Shown here: piece after piece, positions 44,406 to 59,853 of the stretch
How the letters are laid out: each line of letters opens with the position of its first letter
Position numbering within the stretch: position 1 is the first letter of the stretch
Assembly (NCBI RefSeq): GCF_009914755.1
Contig: NC_060931.1
DNA from: the human T2T-CHM13v2.0 reference genome, Homo sapiens
Direction: 5' to 3' (one strand)
Length of the DNA stretch: 64,000 bases
The notes under the pieces: generated by a model
What the model saw: the letters and a program-made list of their open reading frames with translations, nothing else
What the model was told of the DNA's origin: nothing
The model's database searches: none
Translations under genes and position numbers: made by a program

Positions 44406-45903
44406 TGTCTTATTTTTTAATTGATGAGCATGTCTTGCTCTCTGTTCGAGGTATTTTAATTAGTAAAAGTATTGAAGAGTCATAGTCTATTCTCATTTTC
44501 ATTGAGGTCCCCGTGGGGCTGCTGTGTATAGTTCTTTATTTTGTGCACTGAACATAGGTACCAAGCTGAGAGCATGAAAAGAGTTTGAAATGAAGCCTAT
44601 ATACTAAATGATGCTTCTCACTGCAGGACTGACTCATTCCCACCAAAAGAAGGGCATTTAGGAGCCTTCTTAAAATTTGTATGAATTGGAAAGATTTTTC
44701 TGTGGGCTAGCAATGGCCCTGGATCCCACAGCAGGAATGATGATAATGGTGCCACAACAGCCAGGGTTATATACTGTACCTAATATGATAACACATTTTT
44801 AATATGTCTACTATATACTTTAAAAACTGTAGAAGTTTATTAAACTCTAAATTAAATTTAAGATTAACTTAGCAATTAAGTAATTACATCATTGTAAAAT
44901 TTGTTAATGAAAATTTTTATCAATTCCATGTTATTACATAAAGACAAATTATAATATGGGATAAAATTAAATAACTTTAACTTTCAACTACACAATATTT
45001 TTGCATATAACTTCAGGGGTTTCAAAGACCATCTAAATCCCATTTTGTGGGATGTTTGGACCTCAGATTATACTAATATCACACTCATACTATTGTACAG
45101 AATGATTCAAAAAGAATTGAACACATACAAATATTAATATAAACATGATCACAACCTAACACTTTCCATAGACATTGAAAAGGTCACTCACAGTTTGGCT
45201 CATACATGATTCTGAATTACCTGGTTACTGACAAATACATTTTGGAAGTGTTCAGTTATTTTTTTGATCACCCTATATCATTTAAAAACTTCTTCTGAGA
45301 GGTTTCAAATGCCAACTTGGCACTCCTAGCCTTGGATGCTATTGTGCTATGACTAAATATTATCCTCATGATGCAAGATGCCTTTTATAGGTTGGATTAA
45401 TGGTGAACAGAGTAATATTTTATTGGACGGCAATAATTTTACTTTAGATTTCAATAAGTGATGGCGGTATTACCTCTCCACTGCAACACTCCTTCAAAAT
45501 CAGATCAACACAAAACCACCCGCGGACAGAACCAGAGCATCTCTGAAAGCTTCAGAGTTGTCATAGTGACCATCAAATTGTGAGGCACTCCAGGGCTTAT
45601 TCTCACAGACAGTGAAGATTCCCAGGACAATGAGTCATTATTAAAGCAGAGAGAACCTCTAAATGGTTCCCTTATTAGATCATTAAGTGTTTGACTGCAA
45701 AACATGGATCTGACAACGTGGGTATCATCATTAGCCAGGGGCTGTCTTCAATTTCACAGACTATGTCATGAAACTGTCATGTTAAACATTTATTTTTCTA
45801 GCTGAATGTCATCTTTAAGGGATATTATTTCACTGGAGAATTTGCTGAGAGGAGACTGACTTGGATTTTATCAGTCCAAAACTGAGCCAGAGGAATCTGC
45901 TAC

Positions 45904-45906
<3 letters not shown>

Positions 45907-45976
<70 letters not shown>
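45907..45976. repeat. (TG)35 microsatellite
   Basis: Uninterrupted 70 bp, continuing CGTGC. Confidence 0.95.
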
Positions 45977-45980
<4 letters not shown>

Positions 45981-46104
45981 CTTGTAAAAAATGCCACATA
46001 CTCTGACTGCAACCCCATACATGAGCTCCAACAGCCAGTATAAATTCAAGTTGATCTTAACAGAAATATATTTATCTGGTCAGGTTTTAGTTGGCTCTTA
46101 CTAA

Positions 46105-46501
<397 letters not shown>

Positions 46502-47311
46502 GAATATTTTTCTTCTTAAAGGAAAAGAATTTCAAATAATGTTGACTGATTAAAGCAGATACTTTTCCTTAAAATTTTCTTTTTAAAAATGAAAATATTT
46601 GTTCAAGGAACACGTTTTAACTATGAATGAAAGCTGACTGCAACAAATGCAAAATGAGATCACCAAGACACATGCCAAGTATTTTGCTTCATTGAACACC
46701 CAGAGCAGCAGTGATGAAAATGAATGTAGGGGGATTAGGGATATTCACTATCAATGATTAAATGGGTGGCAGTTTTTCTTGGCCTATACAATGATGATCC
46801 ATAAATATTTACTGACGTTTTATTAATTCAACAAATATTTGTTGAGTGCCTGTCTGTGCCAATCATGGGGCTCGGTGGTTGAGATACAAAGATGAATAAA
46901 GCAGAACCTCTGTGTGCTATGTTCTGTCCCAGCTAATCAGGTCTTCATAAAAGGGGCTAATAGCATGAAGGAGGAGGAGGGATCAGTTCTAGCTAGAGGG
47001 TGGCCATGAAATCAGGCAATGCAAATATTATTATTTCATTGTGTATTATAGTATACAACCAACAAACCATTTATTATATATGTGCCTATGTTTCTAGACT
47101 TGCTGGCCACCTATAAAAGGGTCAGGAAAGATTTTAAAGGAAAAGATACTTGATTAAGGTCTTATATATCAAAAAATGTTCACCAAGTTTGGGGAAAGGG
47201 CCTGGAAGGACATTCCTGATTGAAGGAAATGTCCAGGGAGCTGCAAGCAATCTTGCTTAGAGTATAGGAGATTAAGCTGAATAGGTGCATAAATCAGGCT
47301 AAAGAGAACAG

Positions 47312-47490
47312 TTTTTTTTGTTTGTTTGTTTTTTTGAGACAGGGTCTCTCTCAACCTCTAGGGCCCACCAAACAATCCTCTCACCACAGCCTCCCAAGTA
47401 GTTGGGACAACAGGTGTGTGACCCAGCTAATACCCAGCTAATTTTTTAATGTTTTTGTAGAAATGGAGTATCACTATGTTGCCCAGGCTG
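47312..47490 (-). mobile_element. AluJ fragment
   Basis: Deleted, diverged antisense Alu. Confidence 0.7.
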
Positions 47491-50183
47491 AAACAGTGTG
47501 AATCTTATTCCGCAGGCAATCAGGAGCCAGTGAGGAGTTATAAGCCAAGCAGTAACCTGATGATTCAATCAAAAAATATGTATGGAGTGTCTCCTACTTT
47601 TCAGGCCAGTGCTAGGTGCTGGGTTACAAAGATGAATTAGATACAAGGAACTCAAAGCCTAGTAAAGAAAAATATAAACAAGTTAGTGCAGTGAAAGTCA
47701 TAGATTTTCTATAATAATGATGATGATGATAGCTTATTGGATGTATATCAATACCATGTGCCAGGCATGTGCTAAGTGCCAGCATGTATTATCTTAATTA
47801 TCCCATCCACCCCAAGAAGTACTACTGATTAGTGCTATTTTATAGAAGAGGAAACTGAGGAACAGAGATTTGGTAACTTGCAGCTGATAAGTGGTAAAGC
47901 CAGGGTTCAAATCCTAATGGTCTGACTTCAGAAAATGTACCTTTTAATCACTAAGGGCTATGCTACTTCCCCATAATGGAAATCCCTCCAGAGCACTAGG
48001 GGCCACACTAGATAAGGCAATCCATTCTGCAGGGATGAAAGTGGGGGCTGGAAAGTCTTCATGGAGATGGTAATGGGATTATGGATGGGATAAGGAAGAT
48101 CATTCTGATAGCTTAGAGCTGGGCAAAACTGGAGGTGGGACAGTGAACTAAGAGGCTAAGTAATACTTGGTAGTTTCAGTAGGAAGGAGAGGAAAGGACA
48201 GGGTCTAGACATATTTTAGATGTGAAATGGTTTAGCATGCTGAATGAGGTTAGGTTTCTGGTTTGCATATTGAGATGGATAGTAGAGCCATTAACCATGA
48301 TGCATAATGCCAAAGAAGAAACAGGTAAAGAGTGGTGTAGGGGTAGAGTGGATATGTTTTTCATTTGCTAAATATGACCAGTCTGTGGGATAGTAAATGA
48401 AGAAGACAGTGATTAGATATGGGGTTCTGGAGTTTGGGATAAATATCAAAGCTAGGGATTTTATTGAATGTCATCTTTGAAGAGCTTCAAAAGAATACAT
48501 TACTTAATTGCTTGTATCTCTCTAAGTGTTAAATCATTACTACTGATTTCATAAAAAAAGGGGCCAAATTTTTGGGTAAAAAAGTAATAACAGCACAAGA
48601 AAGAAAATAGTGAAGCTGGCAAAGTGTACTACCTCATTTAAAAGCAAACGTGTAGGCAGGTTTTCTAGCTTATAGGGCTATGAAAATGGCACTGAAGCAT
48701 TGTGCATACCTTTGAGGAGAAAAATACAGGGGGTGAGGAGAGAGGTAGATCAAGGTAAAGAGGCAGAGTTTGAGAGAACAAGGGTAGGGAAAGAATATTC
48801 CTGAATGTTGCCTTAAGCACATAAAGAGCTATAAGTATAAATGTTGTTGGTTCACTTCCTATTTTGAGAGTTCCTTGATCAGCCTAGGGTTTCCAAAAAT
48901 TTATCATAAGAAACAGAACCTGGAGACAAAGGCAAATTTGTTTGAATGGATGCGTGAATAGAAATAACTTGAGACTAGAAGATACCTCCTTCGCCAAAAA
49001 AGACGAGGCTGTGGAAATCAAGCCAACAAATAAACAACCTTCAATCTATATATGTAGAGTCAAATTAACCCTATTATCATGTGGGTGGAGTCTGTTTTAT
49101 TCCCTCAGTTTTTGGAATATAGCAAAGGTACCATTACTCACCCATCATGGCAACACTTGTTTAGAAGGAAAACTACCATTCATGAATCATTGACCTGAGC
49201 ATAATGAAAGTTAGCCACCTGGGATACCGTTGACAGAAAAATGGATTCCTCCCGTTGAAAGATGTTTCGGTTAAAAAAAGTTCTGATGCCAATTAATAAC
49301 AACAACAACAACAACAAGAACAGTAACAAACAACCCTATTAAGGACCATTAAGGGAAATGAAAACTCTTAATCTGGAAGCCAAAGATGGGTAAAGAACAA
49401 GAGAGTGAAAAAAGCCCAAAAAGCAGTCATACACAATAATAGTGGGCATAGAAGGAAGGAAATTCTCCAAATACAGTTTTAACAGGGTGTCCTTGGACAG
49501 AATTCTGTGGAGGCGGAATGAAGTGGGCAGGGCCCTATGTTCGTACATTGTATGTACAAAACAGCAGGTGACAAGAGTGAGGATTTCAAAGACATTTTCT
49601 TTCTTGGAACATATGGGACTTTTAAGGGAAGTAGGGGGATAGTTCGGGGATTATTTTTACTTATTTCTGAATGCATATAAGACTGTTAGAAATTGCCAAA
49701 TGGTATCATCATTTTAAAGAGATTGTTAGATGTAACAGTATCAGTTGAGATGCTTTCAGCCCCAAGCCACAGAAATCTCAAGTTTAATTTTTTTAAAATA
49801 TTAAAAGCATTTATTATAATCACATAAGTGGTCTAGGGGTAGGGGATGGTAGGTGGTGCCTGTTGGTTAATTCAGTGACTCAAAAACCTCATCTATGTTC
49901 TTTAACCCTTCTCTTTTGCTATTCTTGGTAGTTAGCTTTGTTTGCCTTTATGCTCACAAATGACAACATCCAGAAAAAGACAAGACCATCTGTTCATTTG
50001 TATTTCTCTTGGGAAGGAGAAATCTTTCCCTCAAGCCCTCAACTCTTACACCTCACTGGCTAGAGCTGTGTTCTGTGCCCAAGAATAAACCATTTATAAG
50101 AGGAATCAATTATAAGAGGAATCAATTAAAAGAGGAATCGATTATGACCCAACCCCTGGAGCTGGGGTCCAGCCTTCCCCTGA

Positions 50184-50603
<420 letters not shown>

Positions 50604-51173
50604 CACAAAAGCCTTTCTTGAATGGAATGAAAATATTTACTAAGTGTGTCTTATTTATATAAGGCTGATAAATCTTTTAGCAGTCTCAGCAGTTTGATAA
50701 ATGGTTAGTTTTCTCTCTTGATTTTAATAAAACAATTAACATAATTATAATTTAAAGACTATTTTAAATAAATATTTAAATGTGATAAGCCTGGTACGGT
50801 CAATTCAGTTTGGCATAGGTTTTTAAAGTGTCTGTTCAGAATTCTTTTGGCTGGATTGGTTCACAATAAATATCAGTAATGATGAATGAAATTTGGCAGT
50901 TCACTCATTCTCCATAATTTAGAAAGGTGCTAACATGCCTCCAAAGTGTTAGAGAATCTGTTCCTACTTCCTACTGCCTTTCATCTGAGTGTAAAAGATA
51001 GGCTTTTAAAGTCCCACTTGCAAATGCCTGGACAGTTTTCTGGAACTCCAAGAGACACTAATCAAAAAAACAGAGGAGTGCTAAGGAGAAACTGTAAACT
51101 ATCCTAGTTTGCAAGAAATAAAAACTGACTGGACCTAACTTGAGCATAAGAAACAATTTATTTTAAAAGTTCA

Positions 51174-51774
<601 letters not shown>

Positions 51775-52070
51775 GTTCAGGATGTTCCCTGGAAGCCTAA
51801 GGCAGGAATTCAATTGAGTCTCTGGTAGTTCTGCCTACCTGGAAGTGGAAGCTCATGACGAGATGGGAAGATCCATTTCTTGTCTCTGCTTCTCTCTACA
51901 GTCCTGTTTCATTCTCTCCTCTCTGCAAACTGTCTTTCTTGTTTTTTCATGTCTGTGGTGGGCAGATGATAGCTACTTTTTATTCTCTGCTCAGAAGACA
52001 GTCCAGAATCTTTGAGTGTCTCTCAGTTCTAATTCTGAATTCCAAGGAGAGAGAATCTGATTTACAAATA

Positions 52071-53338
52071 ATGCTGAGCTCTCGTGCTAGACTAGGAACT
52101 TTATGAGGCCAAATACTCTATTTTCAGGCATCCCTTTGTCTCATGCTCTAGAACATGCTTAGTATATAGTGGACACCTGAGGAATGTTTGTTGAAGGAAC
52201 TGAGACTTTTCCAAAAATGATGACTATCCAGTGTTGAAACTAGCGGCCCTGAAGAGTTGTGTGATTCCTAGCACTCGCAGAATTTAAGAAAAAAATGGAT
52301 AAATATCTGCTTACTAATATTAATGGCTAACATGTACTGTTTCATACATTCCTCATTCATATAGCTTAGATTAAGGAACTTGCACACAGTCACCAAACTA
52401 GTAAGTGGTTGATAAGGCATTTTGACTCTAGTTCTGTCTGTCTGGATCTAAAACTCGGTGACCCTCCAGCACAGTATATGGCCTCCAATAAGATTTTTAG
52501 GAGCAATGCTGGAGGCCTGGTTGAGTCAGTCTAGTCTTGTCCTTATAAGTCTGATCTGGGGCTTAGTAAATTTCTCCTGTTAACCACTTTATCAGCTCCC
52601 AGCCAAAAGATCTTCCCTTGCTTACTGATGTCTAAAATTCCATCTTTAGCAGAGTCATTTCTTTCTTTGGTTTAATATAAGGAGTATCTCATCATTATAG
52701 AGTACGTGGCAGGTTACAAAGACCTTTACATAATGATGTCATTTTTATGACAATCCAGTGACATCAATAAGGCAGGGATTATTGACTCCCATTTTTGAGA
52801 TAAAGAAATGGAGGTTCACTGCTGCTAGGTGACTTGCTCCAGAAGAGATGACTGAACTCTCCAGGGAGCCTATGGACTCACCGCTTAGGGGTAGAGAGGA
52901 AGAACCTCTTTGGTCATGTCCCTGGGGGTGGGCAGTGAAAGCTGATCCATCAAGAGAGAAGCAAGAGTCACCTCCAAATGGGCTGAGAGGGACGGACAGC
53001 CACGGGCCACCTGGTACTGAGTTCTGTTGCTGGACTAGGGACTTTATGAGGACAAACACTGTTTTCAGTCATCTCTTTGTTCTCATGCTCTAGAACATGC
53101 TTGGTATATAGTGGACACCTGAGGAATATTTGTTGAAGGAATTGAGACTTTTCAAAATATGACAAATATCCACTGTTGGAATGAGCTTCCCTGAAGAGTT
53201 GTGTGAGTTCTAGCACTGTCAGAGTTTAAGAAAAAATGATAAATATCTGTTGACTAATATTAATGGCTAACATTGTTTACTATGTGCTGAGTACTGAGCT
53301 AAGTACTTTACTTGTATTGTTTCATGTATTCCTCATTC
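52071..53338 (+). repeat. Old local direct duplication (~290 bp): 52071-52358 and 53014-53338
   Basis: Shared strings such as CTCATGCTCTAGAACATGCTT, TATATAGTGGACACCTGAGGAAT, CCCTGAAGAGTTGTGTGA and ACTAATATTAATGGCTAACAT. Confidence 0.9.
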
Positions 53339-53624
53339 CAACCACATGAAATAGGTTCTATCATTAATCACATTGAAACCAAGGCATGGAAGAGTGAAGT
53401 TACTTGCTCAAGAATCCATTGCAAATAGTATGGCCAGGATTTGAACCCTGGAATACTGAGTTAGAGCCTTGGATCTTAATCATGTTGTCAGTCGTTTCCC
53501 AGGTGAGGCAGGAGTCTGAAGTAGGTTACCCCTTAAGAAATTTTCAACTATTTAAGATTCTCTGGTGGTTGGCCGTAAGATTAGTACTACCACACGGAGA
53601 AAGCTGGGAACAAGAACTGGTTGT

Positions 53625-54270
<646 letters not shown>

Positions 54271-55092
54271 CTAGTTGTAGAATGTAGAGAGGTTGGTAAA
54301 GAACAAGTTGATTTTGGTTATGTTTGGTATGAAGAGTCAGGATATCCAAATGGAAAAGTCCACTGATATTCTTTATGTTCAACAAAAAGATAATTCCTAC
54401 TTACGCTGTTGCCATAAAAAGTTCTTCCAACATAATGCGTCATAACTATCCTAGTTTGGCTGTGTGTATTATGGTACTTATGGCTCACAGTACCCTGTTA
54501 ACACAGTCTCATATTTTATTATTGATAATACTGCAGCTTTGTGAGATAAGCAACATTCCCATTTTAGAAGACAATTAAACACTGACTGTCTTTTGTCAGA
54601 AATTTCATTACAGAAAGTGTATGTAATTTCAAAACTGAAAACCACAAAGAAGTATCTTCTACACAACAAAAAGAAAAAAGCAAACAAAATATATCTTAAG
54701 GCTTAAAGAGTTCTAACTAAATTTGCCCGCCGAATCATTTCTTAACAAACAGGGATCTCAAATTTAGCATGCTGTATTATCACCATTCTTGGCAATAAAA
54801 CAAAAATTGCAAACATATTAAGAAAACAATGCAATCTAAAACACAACAAGTGATAATCCATGTAAAAAATTATTTGATGGAATAACATTACTATTTAATA
54901 ATAAAGTTCTGCTAAAGCTTTAGAAATATCAGAAAAAACTTACACTGGCAAACATTCATCAGGCAGTCAACAACTGAATGTCCCCTGTATACTGATACTA
55001 GGGGTGAAGAGACTCTAAAAAAAAGGGGAACAAGGCAAAATTTAACTTCAAGGGGCCTTTTCTCGCAGCATTGCAAATAAAACCCATGACTC

Positions 55093-55304
55093 TGGACATA
55101 AAAAAGCAACAGTGACACTGGGGACTACTAGAGGCGGGAGGGATGGAGGGGGAAAGAGTTGAAAAACTACTGGGTGCTATGCTCACTACCTAGGTGACGG
55201 GATCATTCATATCCCAAACCTCAGCATCATGCAATATAACCATGTAACAAACCTGTACATTATACCCTGAATCTAAAAGTTGAAATTATAAAAAAGCAAA
55301 CAAG
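55093..55304 (+). mobile_element. Short 5'-truncated L1PA(15/16-like) 3'UTR
   Basis: 'ccaaacctcagcatcatgcaatataaccatgtaacaaacctg'; 14-bp TSD AAAACCCATGACTC at 55079-55092 / 55305-55318. Confidence 0.9.
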
Positions 55305-55322
55305 AAAACCCATGACTCCTAG

Positions 55323-55698
<376 letters not shown>

Positions 55699-56455
55699 GG
55701 CCTAGGCTTTCATCACAACAGACGCATTGTTTACCAATGGTACGACCTTGGGGAAGTTGCAAAACCTCTCTAAGCTCATTTCTTCATCCACAAAATGGTA
55801 AAACTAATCTTTTCTGCGTAGGGTTGTTGTAAGAATTACATGAGAGGTGTGAAAACAGTCTAGAACAGTGGCAGTGTGGACTTGCAATAAATGTTAGCCT
55901 CATCCTTTTCCCCACATTAGTTCCTTTGCTTTTAAGAAAACTGCTAAAATACAGAGGAAATTGACTCCCTCATTCAATTAAAAACACAGTTATTGTCTAC
56001 TGGGCCACTATGTACAGATGTATAGGTTGTTCCCTGCTGAAGAGAGATTGGTGACTGGATTCCAGCCCATAAACACTCATCAGACTTGGTGTTCTGTTTC
56101 TAATTTGCACAAAGGTGCTACATGTGTGTTTCAGAAGTGACAAAACTGGGCTTTGCCCACATGTAGCATGTAGCTTGTATCTCATGTCTGAGGGGAAAAC
56201 AGACAAGTAATCAAGAACTACAATACATATTTAAAAAAAAGAAGTAAAAAAACCCTACAATACATATAATTAATGCTAGTCTAAAGAAGGCACTGCAAGA
56301 ACAAAAAAGAAAGACATTTAAATCAGACAATTTGGGGGGCCCAGGATTAGTGACCGAGGATCAGTAACTTAAAGGATGATGGGGAGATCGTGGGGAAGGA
56401 TGTTCTAGGCAGAGGAGTGACATTTAATTATTAATACATTTATTCATTCAGTAAA

Positions 56456-56710
56456 TGTGTTTTGTTAGTTCATGTCTTTTATTAACTCATACACAATTAA
56501 TTGTCTTCTGGTTTGCTGAAGCAATGAGACATTTGTCACAATAATGTCTGTCAAAGTGGCTGGCCATAAACGCTCCAGTACCACATTCATCTGAAGAGCA
56601 CTCTAGATGAAGGCGACTTATTTTGCCATTCTCATCCACCTTACAGTATTTCAGGACAGCCAGCTTCACCTTCTTTCGCTTACGCTTATTCTTCTCAGGA
56701 GTGGTGTAAA
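56456..56710 (-). pseudogene. RPS27A-like: 5'-truncated processed pseudogene of RPS27A (S27a moiety only, no ubiquitin)
   Basis: Minus strand reads [60 protein letters not shown], then a frameshift, then the RPS27A 3'UTR with AATAAA and an eroded A tail. Intronless, flanked by the direct repeat CATTCAGTAAA (56445-56455 / 56711-56721). Confidence 0.93.
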
Positions 56711-58227
56711 CATTCAGTAAAAAATAATTGAATATCTAAGTGCCACGTACTGTTCCAGTACTGAAGATACAATAGTGAATAAAACAGACAGGATCTCTTT
56801 CTTGTAATTCTAACATTCTAGTAGAAGAGACAAAAAATAATTGGGCCAAAAAATATTAAGTAGTGCGATGTACTTTGGGAGAATATAAGCAGGGTGGAGG
56901 TGCTGGTGGTAGGTGGGGTGAGGATGCGACCTTAGAATGGAGAGTGGAAGAGTGGGAGAGTAGGAAGGCCTCTTCAGGTAGGTGTCATTTAAGCTCAGAT
57001 CTGAATGGCAAGTGTGGGAAGCTCGGGTTGATCATGTCAGGCAGAGGGAGGAGCTGTTGCAAGTCTTAAGTGGGGAATGAACTTTGTGTTTTTAAGTTGG
57101 CAAAGACCAGTGTGGCTGAAATGCAGTGGATGAAAAGAGGGGCAGGAGATGCAATATGGAGAGAGAGGTAGGTGCCAAACCTAGGTAAGGCCTGGAAGCT
57201 TGAGAGTGGTGAGCTCAGAGACCTGCTAAGAGTTTGATATGGCATTAGGAAAGGGACTGTGTTAGGTGATGAGAGAAGTGATTTGGGAGATACAGGCAAG
57301 AAACAGATTCTGACAAGCCCTACATGGAGGATCTGGGAGGTATTATTTCTGCTCAGTGCTATGCAGAGAATCCCAAGGAGGCCATGACTAAAGTCATTCA
57401 AAGAAAACCTTTCATGTTTATGCCTTCAAGGAAGGTATGAATACTGAATCTTATCTTTATTACTTGTTCTTGAATCAAAGTCATCAATGAGAACTTAGAA
57501 CTCTTCTCAGGCGTGCCCCTAAATTCTGATTAATGTAAGATTTATTTTTGCAACATTTGAGTATACTTACCCTGATGGTGATTTCTGTTCCATGGAATGT
57601 TAAACTAAGTTGTTTTGTAAAAGAAGAATATATTTTACAATGACTTAAATGTTGAGGCAGCACATAATGTCATGTTGGTAACAAATATGTGATATTTATT
57701 TATTAGAGCATGAGAGTATTTTGCCTCCTGATATATGAGGCAGACATTGCTATTTGTCTACCTTATATCCATGGTTTCCCCTTCATTCTTAACAACAGAA
57801 CCTCAATTTTGTTTGCGAATGAGCCCAACCGAAAATACTTGTGTTCTAAACTTCCTTGCAGCTAGGGATCATCCTGTGACACAGTTCTGGTCAACATGTA
57901 GGTGGAAGTTTCTAGGGAGTGTGGTCTTTCCTGAAGAAAAAGGCAAAGTCTGGAGAAAGCCCTTTTTCCTGTTCCCTTTCGTGCTTCCCCTTCCTTTCTG
58001 GTATTTGTAATCATTTAGTGACTTGATGTTTGGAGTCTTCTAATTTCTTTAAACATATTGCAAAATAGTATGTGGAGCTGAAGACCACTGTCCCATGAGG
58101 AGGTGGGCTACATCTTTGTGATGTTTGCACTGGTCTGGAGCTAAACTGCAGGCATAAAACTATAGTAAGGTAATTTTATCAAAAGTACAGTATCTCTCAG
58201 AATTCATTATACTGAAGGCTGTACTTC

Positions 58228-58319
58228 ATGTTTGTAGTGATAAGTAGTTTCTCCCTTTCCTTGATCCAGAATGTATGTATGTAGTGATACATAAGTTTCT
58301 CCCTTTCCTTGATCCAGAA
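58228..58319. repeat. Tandem duplication, ~47-bp period
   Basis: ATGT(T/A)TGTAGTGATA...AGTTTCTCCCTTTCCTTGATCCAGAA occurs twice. Confidence 0.9.
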
Positions 58320-59827
58320 AAATCTAGTCAACAATTATTTCTTAAATGTTCATTTAACTATATATATACTGACTATAATTTCAATTTCAAATGTAACACT
58401 TCCTTTTGTGCCATGAGGGATACAGCAAGATTTTTTCAAGTTCCTGGGCCTGTAGATTTAAAAAAAAAAAAAAAAAAGAAAGAAAAGTAAGAAAAAAAGA
58501 AAAGAAATTAAAAAGAGGAAAAGATTTTTGTTCTTGGGAAGCTGATAATTTCATGAGATGACAGATGTATTCACAAATAAATGTAAAACAAGTACGTATA
58601 TGATGTGGTGGGCCATGGCCAGGCCTGCCGCAGAACGACTAAGTGGATGTGAAGGGATTTGGAAAAAAAGCCCCTGCCCCAAATGCAAAGCACACGTTTC
58701 CAGGGCTGGAACCTGGATGTTAGGCCTAGGTGATGTGACTCCAGAGTGGCAAAACTGTTGCCTTATGTATAGTATAAATTGTTTCTGGATGGTGAAGAGC
58801 CTAGGGTTATAAAAGTTATTGAGTCTACAATTCTGTGAGACATCTCATTCTGTATAGGCCCTGTCACTGAGTTGCAGTGTGCCTCTAGATACAAGGAGTC
58901 AGTGTGAGCTGCTTCCTCCCCCACAACCTGCCTCCGTATTTGGTTTCTGTGCTCTGTGCAGTTTACTGGCTGCTTCAGGATTAAACAAAGTAAAAGCAAC
59001 CCTGAAATGTTGCCCATTAAATAGCATCTTTGAGTAGGCCGTGTGGGGAGGTAATAAGTGCCATTAGGGCATTATTAGGATGAGTGTCAAAGAGTTGTGA
59101 GGAGGAAGAAACTTCTGGCTGGAGGCTTCAGGAAGGTGGCAGCATGAGCTACATCTTGAACGGTGGATAAAATTTCTTAAGGTGAAGATGGGAGGAAAGG
59201 CATTACAAGAACAGGAAAGAATATGAATGAGGAAATGGAGGTAGGAGAAGAGAGCCGTGTATTGGAAATGAAAAGCAGTCCTGTTTGGCTGAAGAACAAG
59301 AACTGTATGAGGAAGCAGTGAAAGATGAGGCTGGAAAGGGAGTCAGGGCCAGGCTAAAAGGGTTGGCATTTAAAGTTAGTCATGGGAGCCATGGAATGTT
59401 TTTGAGCAACTATTAAAGCAGGTGGATTAGTAAAATAGGGAACACACAAATAAATCTGGCAGCATTACTGTGCATGAAACATGGATGAAAAGACTGGGAG
59501 ATCGCTTAAAATGCCCAGGCATGAACTGAGGTCACATGTGATCACAGAATAGGACAGGAATTTAAGAGTGCTATTTTAAAACTAATTGCTTTGCGGGTGG
59601 GGAGGGGGTGGTGCATCAAAGGGAAAAAAGACTATGAATTTGAGTTTTGGAATTTAACATATGGGAGGATAATAAATAGTACAGTGAACAAAGGGAAGAC
59701 AGGAAGAAGGAAATATAGTATTCGTTTCAGAGATGTTGGGTTGAGGCACAAGTGGAACATTCTGGTGGAAATTTGCTACAGGCAATTGAAAATAGAATAG
59801 AGCTCAGCTGAGAGGTGGAGTGGCGGA

Positions 59828-59853
59828 TGACTCACCTACACTGAGGTGAGTCA
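59828..59853. promoter_or_regulatory. Two AP-1 sites forming a perfect 10-bp inverted repeat
   Basis: TGACTCACCT-acactg-AGGTGAGTCA, about 1 kb upstream of the IFRD1 promoter. Confidence 0.55.
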
